Below, one piece after another: positions 28,161-33,924 of a stretch of DNA of 33,924 nucleotides. Below the pieces are notes generated by a model. It ran no database searches and had not been told where the DNA came from. It saw only the letters and a list, made by a program, of their open reading frames with translations. The DNA is taken from contig JANPJS010000279.1 in assembly GCA_031425655.1 (NCBI GenBank), positions 1 to 33,924 on the forward strand. Reading direction: 5' to 3'. The translations under genes were made by a program, and so were the position numbers. The DNA is from Abditibacteriaceae bacterium. Its GTDB lineage: Bacteria > Armatimonadota > Abditibacteriia > Abditibacteriales > Abditibacteriaceae. Numbering within the stretch: position 1 is the first letter of the stretch; every line of letters begins with the position of its first letter.

Positions 28161-29222
28161 ATGAACGAATTTCGTGGTGTGTGGCTGGCCACAGTCGCTA
28201 ATATTGACTGGCCCTCGAAGCCATCTCTGGCAATGGAACAGCAGCAGGCCGAACTGCTGAGAGATTTCGATTTATTCGCCAATTTGAAACTCAACGCCGT
28301 GGTGTTTCAAGTGCGGCCCTGCTGCGATGCGTTTTACGAATCGAGCCTTGAGCCGTGGTCGGAATTTCTCACGGGTGTGCAAGGCCAATCGCCGGGCTAT
28401 GACCCTCTGGCGTTTGCCATCGAAGCCGCGCACGCGCGCGGCATGGAACTTCACGCCTGGCTTAATCCTTATCGAGCGCGCTTTTCTAAACCGCTTTCGC
28501 CTCCCGACCCCAATCATGTCAGCCAGACGCAGGCGCACCTGGTGAAAGAATACGGGCCTTATCAATGGCTCGATCCCGGCGAAAAGGCGACGCAGCAGCA
28601 CAGTTTGAACGTGGCGCGCGACATCGTGCGGCGATATAACGTTGACGCGCTGCACATGGACGACTACTTTTACCCTTACAAAGTCGCCGGGCAGGACTTT
28701 CCCGATGAGCCGAGTTGGGCGGCCTATGGCGCCGGCCCGCTTTCGCGCAGCGATTGGCGGCGCGACAACGTCAATCGCTTTGTTCAAGACCTTTACAATC
28801 TCATCAAAGCCGAAAAACCTACGGTGAAACTGGGCATTTCGCCGTTTGGCATCTGGCGGCCCGGCAACCCGCCGAGCGTCAAAGGATTCGATCAGTTTGC
28901 CGAACTTTACGCGGATGCGCGTTTGTGGCTGCAAAGCGGCTGGGTTGATTATTTCGTGCCGCAGCTTTATTGGAAAATTTCGGCTCCGGCCCAAAGCTTT
29001 CCCGCACTGTTGGAATGGTGGCAAGAGCAAAACCCGAAAATTCCGATTTGGCCCGGACTGTTTACCAGCCGCATTTTCGATGCGAAGTCGCCTTGGCCCG
29101 CTGAAGAGATCGTCAACCAAATCCTGATTACGCGCGAACGCAAAGCCAATGGCCACGTTCATTTCAGCGCCAAAGCCTTGCGCGACCCCAAAATGCAAGC
29201 CGCGCTGCGTGCAATTTATTGA
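28161..29222 (+). CDS. GHL10/DUF187 (YddW/DigH-like) glycoside hydrolase
   Basis: EFRGVWLATVANIDWPS, FQVRP, ELHAWLNPYR, HMDDYFYPY, GISPFGIWR, DYFVPQLYW. Confidence 0.92.
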   Translation: MNEFRGVWLATVANIDWPSKPSLAMEQQQAELLRDFDLFANLKLNAVVFQVRPCCDAFYESSLEPWSEFLTGVQGQSPGYDPLAFAIEAAHARGMELHAWLNPYRARFSKPLSPPDPNHVSQTQAHLVKEYGPYQWLDPGEKATQQHSLNVARDIVRRYNVDALHMDDYFYPYKVAGQDFPDEPSWAAYGAGPLSRSDWRRDNVNRFVQDLYNLIKAEKPTVKLGISPFGIWRPGNPPSVKGFDQFAELYADARLWLQSGWVDYFVPQLYWKISAPAQSFPALLEWWQEQNPKIPIWPGLFTSRIFDAKSPWPAEEIVNQILITRERKANGHVHFSAKALRDPKMQAALRAIY

Positions 29223-29227
29223 ATTCT

Positions 29228-30202
29228 ATGCCAACTCTCAAAGCCATCGTTTTTCCCGAAGCGAATAAAGTCGAAATTCAAGAATTCCCATTGCCGCAGC
29301 TTCGTGACGGCGAACTGCTGGTGAAAACCGAAGTGTCGGGCGTGAGTCAGGGCACCGAATTGTGGGCGCTGACCGCGCGGCGGCCCGAACTGGGATTTCC
29401 GACGATTCCCGGTTATCAAGGCGTCGGAACCGTCGAAGCCATCGGCGACGGCGTAACGCAATTCGCGCCGGGCCAGAAAGTGCTGTTCATTTCCAGCCGC
29501 GTGCCCGAAGCCACGACCGGCACTTGGATGGGCACGCACATGAGCCACGGCTTCGTGCGCGAAGCAAAAGCCATTGCTTTGCCGGACGGCCTTGATCCTA
29601 TCGGCGCGGTTTTGGCGGCGCTGCCTGCCGTTAGTTTGCGCGGCTTGAATATGCTGAACGTGAACCTCGGCGACCTTGTGGTTGTGACCGGTCAAGGCTT
29701 AATCGGGCAAGCCAGCGCGCAGTTGGCGCGTCTGCGCGGTGCGACGGTTATTGCGTCGGATGTTAATCCCAAGCGCCTCGAACTGAGTAAACGGTTCAGC
29801 GCCGACATCGTAGTAGACGTGCGAAGTGAAAACTTGGCGGACGCCGTAAAAAGCGTCAAGCCGGAAGGCGCCGACATCATCATCGAAACCACGGGCCGCA
29901 GCGATATGTTCGCGCCGATGCTCGATTTGATGCGCCCATTGGGCCAATTTCTCATGCAAGGCTGGTATCCCAACCCGATCACGTTTGATTTTCACGCCAC
30001 GCACGGCAAGCGACCGCACATCGCCATAACCTGCGGTTTCGATTTGGAAGAAACGGCTCTTTGCCTCGATTTGATGAAAGCGAATCGCCTGCGCTGGCGT
30101 GAATTGGCCACGCACGTCGCGCCCATCGAAGAAGCGCCTTCGCTTTATGCGCGAATGCTTTCCGGCGACCCGAAAATTTTAGGCGTAGTTTTTCGCTGGT
30201 AA
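29228..30202 (+). CDS. Medium-chain (zinc-binding ADH-like) dehydrogenase
   Basis: GroES-like N-terminus S.GTE...PGY.GVG.V...G; Rossmann GQGLIG; D.IIETTG. Confidence 0.88.
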   Translation: MPTLKAIVFPEANKVEIQEFPLPQLRDGELLVKTEVSGVSQGTELWALTARRPELGFPTIPGYQGVGTVEAIGDGVTQFAPGQKVLFISSRVPEATTGTWMGTHMSHGFVREAKAIALPDGLDPIGAVLAALPAVSLRGLNMLNVNLGDLVVVTGQGLIGQASAQLARLRGATVIASDVNPKRLELSKRFSADIVVDVRSENLADAVKSVKPEGADIIIETTGRSDMFAPMLDLMRPLGQFLMQGWYPNPITFDFHATHGKRPHIAITCGFDLEETALCLDLMKANRLRWRELATHVAPIEEAPSLYARMLSGDPKILGVVFRW

Positions 30203-32052
30203 AAAGCCATCGCGCAAAAGCTCAGAGCGCACAGCGACACAAAAGCGCCGAAGCGAAAGGTTTCCGGTTGATAGCGCCCGTTTTTCCATCCGGGATAAAA
30301 ATCGCTGCCGTTGACACGCGCTGCGGTGCTGGTTTTTCGCTCGTAAATCAAGCAGTTTTCCGCGCTCAAAACGAGTGTTTCGCCGCTTTCGCCGCTTTCG
30401 CCGCGCGGACGCAACGACACGACGTAGCGCACGTTCATCGCGTCGAGCGCGGACTGCGGCAAATCTTCCAGCAAAATCATGTTGCCGTTCCATTCGGGCG
30501 AGATTTTAGAGGTGAACTGCGCCAGCCATTCACGATAAGCGCGCGGCGCGAGGGAATCGTAGCCGTTAATATCGTTGAGGCCGTAAACCGTAGCGCCGTT
30601 GGGCGGCAAAACGCCCGGCGGATGATTATGCTGATTCTGTTGCAATGCTTCGCTTGTCAGCCAGCCGCCGCGCGGCGTGATGAACCAGATTCGCTCGCCA
30701 TCGCGTGCCTTTTTCTGCAAAAACGAGGTGACTTGCGTATGGGGATAAATCGCCTCGCGTGGCGCCGTCGGCTGAGAAATCCAGCCGAAAACAAAAAGTT
30801 CGCCTGTTACCAAAAGCAAAGCGAGCAGCGAAACGGCAGAAGACCCGAACTTTTTGCGGAGCGCGTCGAGTCCGAAACCGGCCAGCAAAGCGGCGCCGAG
30901 GCTCCACAAAAACAGCGCCCGCCCGACGCCGCCCATTTGCGAAAGGCCGGGCACGTTCCAATAAAGCAGTTGCGACAGTGGCGTGGCGAGCGCGTAGAGC
31001 AAGCCTACGGCGGCAAGACACACGGAGACACGGAGACCCGGAGACCCGGAGGCGGTGGATTTCCATAGCGCCAGCGCACACAGTGCCAGCAGCGCAACGC
31101 CAAAGCCCGCGTAGCCGAAATTCTCGTTCGAACTGCCCCAGCGCATCGGCCAATCGGGAATCAGCAGCGCCGGCATTTCCATCGTGTCCAAAGCGCGCAG
31201 GGCGATGCCTTGCCAGCCGTCCGCTGTCGGCCCGCCGCCGACGGCGCGATGGCCGAGTTTGGCCAGTTCGAGCATCGGCAAAAGCTGAATCGCGCCGATG
31301 AGCGCGGCTAATCCGGCGGCGAAAAATAGTTGTTTCAGCGCCGCGATGCGCTGCGAGGCAAACAGCGCGTGCAGCGCCAATGCCAGCAGCAAAAAGAAAA
31401 AGATTTGCGGATGCCCGGCGAGCAGCGCACACGCCAGAAGTGCGAAGTGCGGAATGCGGAGTGCGGAGCGAGAAGGATTCCGCACTCCGCACTCTGCACT
31501 CCGCATTAACACGGGAAGCCACGCCGCCGTATTCGCCAATGTCGGCAGCATAATCCACGCCGATAGATAGCCGCAAAACGCGAACGCAACGGCGGAAAGT
31601 AGCGATGCGGCGCGCGACATTTTCCAGCGTTGCGCCAAAAAATAAGTGCCGAAAGCCGCCAATAAAGTGTGCAAAAACGCCGAAACGCCGAAGGCGTAAG
31701 CCGGGTCGAGAATCCAGAATACGAAGTTCAGCGGATAGAAAACCGCGCTTTGACCGTTGGCCAGCAGCGGCGTGCCGCAAAACTGGTGTGGATTCCACAA
31801 CGGCAGGAGTCCGGCGTGCAATTCGCGCGCGACGAAAGCGCGCCACGGATAATATTGGCCCAGCGCATCCCACTGCAAAATCGTCCACGGCGCCTGTGCA
31901 TCGCTGCCAAACGGCGCGAAGCCGCGCAAAAACGCGCCGGGCAAAAGCACTTGCCCGGTAAACAGCACGCGGCTCCAATAGGCGAGCGCCAGCAACGTGA
32001 GAATCAGCAGCGGCGCGCGGTGGCGCGGCGGCACGAAGGTGAAAAGGCGCAT
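30145..32052 (-). CDS. YfhO-like / GT-C polytopic membrane protein
   Basis: D...QYYPW, PLWNP...G.PLLAN.QSAVFYPLN, WLP...AGHPQ, GYDSL; many TMs; neighbours GtrA. Confidence 0.8.
   Translation of the reverse strand: MRLFTFVPPRHRAPLLILTLLALAYWSRVLFTGQVLLPGAFLRGFAPFGSDAQAPWTILQWDALGQYYPWRAFVARELHAGLLPLWNPHQFCGTPLLANGQSAVFYPLNFVFWILDPAYAFGVSAFLHTLLAAFGTYFLAQRWKMSRAASLLSAVAFAFCGYLSAWIMLPTLANTAAWLPVLMRSAECGVRNPSRSALRIPHFALLACALLAGHPQIFFFLLLALALHALFASQRIAALKQLFFAAGLAALIGAIQLLPMLELAKLGHRAVGGGPTADGWQGIALRALDTMEMPALLIPDWPMRWGSSNENFGYAGFGVALLALCALALWKSTASGSPGLRVSVCLAAVGLLYALATPLSQLLYWNVPGLSQMGGVGRALFLWSLGAALLAGFGLDALRKKFGSSAVSLLALLLVTGELFVFGWISQPTAPREAIYPHTQVTSFLQKKARDGERIWFITPRGGWLTSEALQQNQHNHPPGVLPPNGATVYGLNDINGYDSLAPRAYREWLAQFTSKISPEWNGNMILLEDLPQSALDAMNVRYVVSLRPRGESGESGETLVLSAENCLIYERKTSTAARVNGSDFYPGWKNGRYQPETFRFGAFVSLCALSFCAMAFYQRKTTPKIFGSPESIRA
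31437..31508. repeat. Heptamer palindromic element inside a CDS
   Basis: GAAGTGC GAAGTGC GGAATGC GGAGTGC ... TCCGCAC TCCGCAC TCTGCAC TCCGCAT; same family as 9212-9278. Confidence 0.88.
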
Positions 32053-32124
32053 GAGAAATCGGCGAATGGCCAAACGCGCCTGAGTGTGGAACAAATGGGA
32101 CAGAGAGCGCAAAGTTTGGTTGTG

Positions 32125-32185
32125 TGACCCTCATCCTCCCCTCTCCCGCGAAGCGGATTGGGAGAGGGGCCGGGGGTGAGGGTCA
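32125..32185. repeat. GC-rich palindromic mini-element
   Basis: TGACCCTCATCCTCCCCTCTCCC ... GGGAGAGGGGCCGGGGGTGAGGGTCA. Confidence 0.8.
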
Positions 32186-32246
32186 ATAAGCCTCGCGTTT
32201 TTTGAAAGCGTCAGCACTTAAAAATCCGCATTTTGTGATATAACCA

Positions 32247-32783
32247 ATGCCAGCACTTTCCATGTCTTCCGAATCGTCTCCCGTTATTGCTTCCGGCTCG
32301 CCGTTGCAGCGTTTATTGCAGCGTCCGGGCGTGCGCCAGCTCATCAAATTCTGCATCGTCGGCGCCAGCAGCACGGTCATTGATAAAGGTTTGCTCTTTA
32401 TCCTCACCAAAAAATTGCTGGTGCTGAGCAGTTTGCCGTGGGTGCCGTGGTTTACCTGGAATACGCTGACTTTTTGTCTGGCTGTTTCAAACGGTTTCGT
32501 ATGGAACCGGCGCTGGACGTTTCGAGCGCGCGAGCAGGATGGCACTCAAGCCGGCGTCCGCGAGCAATACATCAAATTTTTTGTCACCAACGCGGTCGGA
32601 TTGGTGCTTAATTTGTGCATCACCAAAATGTTTCTCATCGGGTTTTCCGGCAAAGTTTTGCACGGCCAGAGCAATCCCAATCCCGACCATTTAATGATCG
32701 CTTCGATCTGCGCCATTCCCTTTGTGATGATCTGGAACTTCAGCGCTGCCAAATTCTGGACGTTCAAAGCGCCGAAATCGTAA
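32247..32783 (+). CDS. GtrA-family flippase-like membrane protein
   Basis: RQLIKFCIVG..STVID, NGFVWNRRWTF, WNF...KFWTF; four TMs. Confidence 0.9.
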   Translation: MPALSMSSESSPVIASGSPLQRLLQRPGVRQLIKFCIVGASSTVIDKGLLFILTKKLLVLSSLPWVPWFTWNTLTFCLAVSNGFVWNRRWTFRAREQDGTQAGVREQYIKFFVTNAVGLVLNLCITKMFLIGFSGKVLHGQSNPNPDHLMIASICAIPFVMIWNFSAAKFWTFKAPKS

Positions 32784-32794
32784 TTCCAGACAGC

Positions 32795-32829
32795 AAAAAG
32801 GCCGTCTTTCTTTGGAAGGACGGCCTTTT
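32795..32829. terminator. Bidirectional intrinsic terminator
   Basis: AAAAAGGCCGTCTTTC-TTT-GGAAGGACGGCCTTTT between convergent genes. Confidence 0.85.
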
Positions 32830-32839
32830 CAATTCTGAT

Positions 32840-33721
32840 TTAGGGCGCCGGTTCTTTGGGCGCGTTTTTCAACGTCGGCACGAATTTGTCTTCGAGCAGC
32901 GTTAGTTTGGGAATGCGCTCGGCGTCGTAGAAAACTGTGATGGAGTAAACCTGTCCGGCGACTAAATCCATCTCCTGCGTCAGCGCGACGTGCTGGCGCG
33001 GCTTCACGACAACGGGCGGTGCGGGCGTCACGTCCGGCGGCAAAATCGGCGTCGAGGCCACGACTGGCGCAAGGGATTCGGTGTAATCCACTTTCATGGT
33101 GTGGCGGCCCGGCGCGATGGTTTCGTAGTCGGTTGCGATGCCATAACCAACACTTTTGCGAAATGATTTGCCGTCAACGGTGATGCTGACGGGTGGCAGG
33201 CCTTTGGCCGCGTGCAGAAACGCGATTTTGGCTTTTCCGGCTGCCGAACCGTGATTTTTGTGCTTGAACGGCATCAAAACCACATTTCCGGGCACGCCGT
33301 TCACGACGACGGACAAATCTTCGCCTCCCGAAACCATCACCGGCATCGGCCCGGCGACTTTGGTATTGCCTTCGCCGAACGCCGAAATACGCAATTTCGT
33401 GCCTTTGTTTTCCTTCAGAGCGACTTCGACGAAGGGCGAAGCGTTGCCGAAAGTGGCGCCTTTGACCAGAGAATTGCTTTCCTCGCGCAGTTCGATAGGC
33501 CCGGCGCCGGGCACGACGTGAACGCCGCGCACGAAAGCTCCGGTCGCCTCGCTGGGACGTGCCGCGACGGCGTTTTCCATCGTCGTGGTCGTCGTCGTGG
33601 TCGTGACGGTCGTTTCCGGCGATTGCGGAACTTCCGTGACCGTAGTCGTTGATTCCTGCGGCGAATTGCAGCCGGCAAAAGCCAGCGCGAACACTGGTAA
33701 AAGTAAAATTCGACTTTGCAT
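32840..33721 (-). CDS. DUF4397-domain lipoprotein
   Basis: Lipobox FAGC, Thr-rich linker, two repeats VRGVHVVPGAGPI / IAFLHAAKGLPPV; AAGGAG SD. Confidence 0.78.
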   Translation of the reverse strand: MQSRILLLPVFALAFAGCNSPQESTTTVTEVPQSPETTVTTTTTTTTMENAVAARPSEATGAFVRGVHVVPGAGPIELREESNSLVKGATFGNASPFVEVALKENKGTKLRISAFGEGNTKVAGPMPVMVSGGEDLSVVVNGVPGNVVLMPFKHKNHGSAAGKAKIAFLHAAKGLPPVSITVDGKSFRKSVGYGIATDYETIAPGRHTMKVDYTESLAPVVASTPILPPDVTPAPPVVVKPRQHVALTQEMDLVAGQVYSITVFYDAERIPKLTLLEDKFVPTLKNAPKEPAP

Positions 33722-33853
33722 TTTTGCTCCTTGACGCGATGTGGGCTGGCAAAAGGCTATGCAAGTGGCGCGCCGCGTCTTTGCTAAACTGGCGTGGCGT
33801 TTTTCGCCTTAGGAGCAGTCTGAAAACTCAACATCAAGGCTCGAAGTCAGAGT

Positions 33854-33924
33854 TGTCATCCTGAGATTGCGAAGGATCTCGGCAGAAGAGGGCGAATTAC
33901 GCAGAGATCCTTCGCAATCTCAGG
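33854..33924. repeat. Palindromic element truncated at the window end
   Basis: 33860-33880 CCTGAGATTGCGAAGGATCTC is the exact reverse complement of 33904-33924; preceded by TGTCAT. Confidence 0.88.

Noticed and set aside
30626..32134. 502-aa alternative-frame ORF
   Set aside because: Arg/Ala-rich shadow of the YfhO-like gene with no motifs; expected at high GC.
33583..33612. GTC/GTG triplet repeat
   Set aside because: Simply encodes the Thr-rich linker of the lipoprotein.

Overview
GC-rich bacterial window (gene content suggests an Armatimonadota/Abditibacteriota- or PVC-like organism; this is inference only). It starts and ends inside perfect palindromes, so it may be a whole contig broken at repeats. 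Genes, left to right: DUF1592/DUF1552 pair, tandem SPFH pair, small helical hypothetical, rtcB, stand-alone CARF-like gene, clpC, three small orphans, RNase H-like (YprB-type), ygfZ-like, GT-C-like membrane protein, RsuA/RluB pseudouridine synthase, D,D-carboxypeptidase, metH, CxxCH protein, Gfo/Idh/MocA oxidoreductase, AT-rich 731-aa secreted protein, a MITE, GHL10 hydrolase, MDR dehydrogenase, YfhO-like protein, GtrA and a DUF4397 lipoprotein. Best candidate for a new system (6947-9212): rtcB lies behind a near-consensus sigma70 promoter, an unannotated 31-codon leader ORF with a strong SD, and an intrinsic terminator, i.e. an apparent attenuator. Divergent from it is a solo CARF-domain gene; no RtcR, sigma54 site or cas gene is present in the window. 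Second theme: many families of small palindromic elements. One family delimits small gene cassettes, and several elements are read in frame inside membrane-protein genes. No rRNA, tRNA or CRISPR array was seen. All family calls are by motif recognition, not database search.
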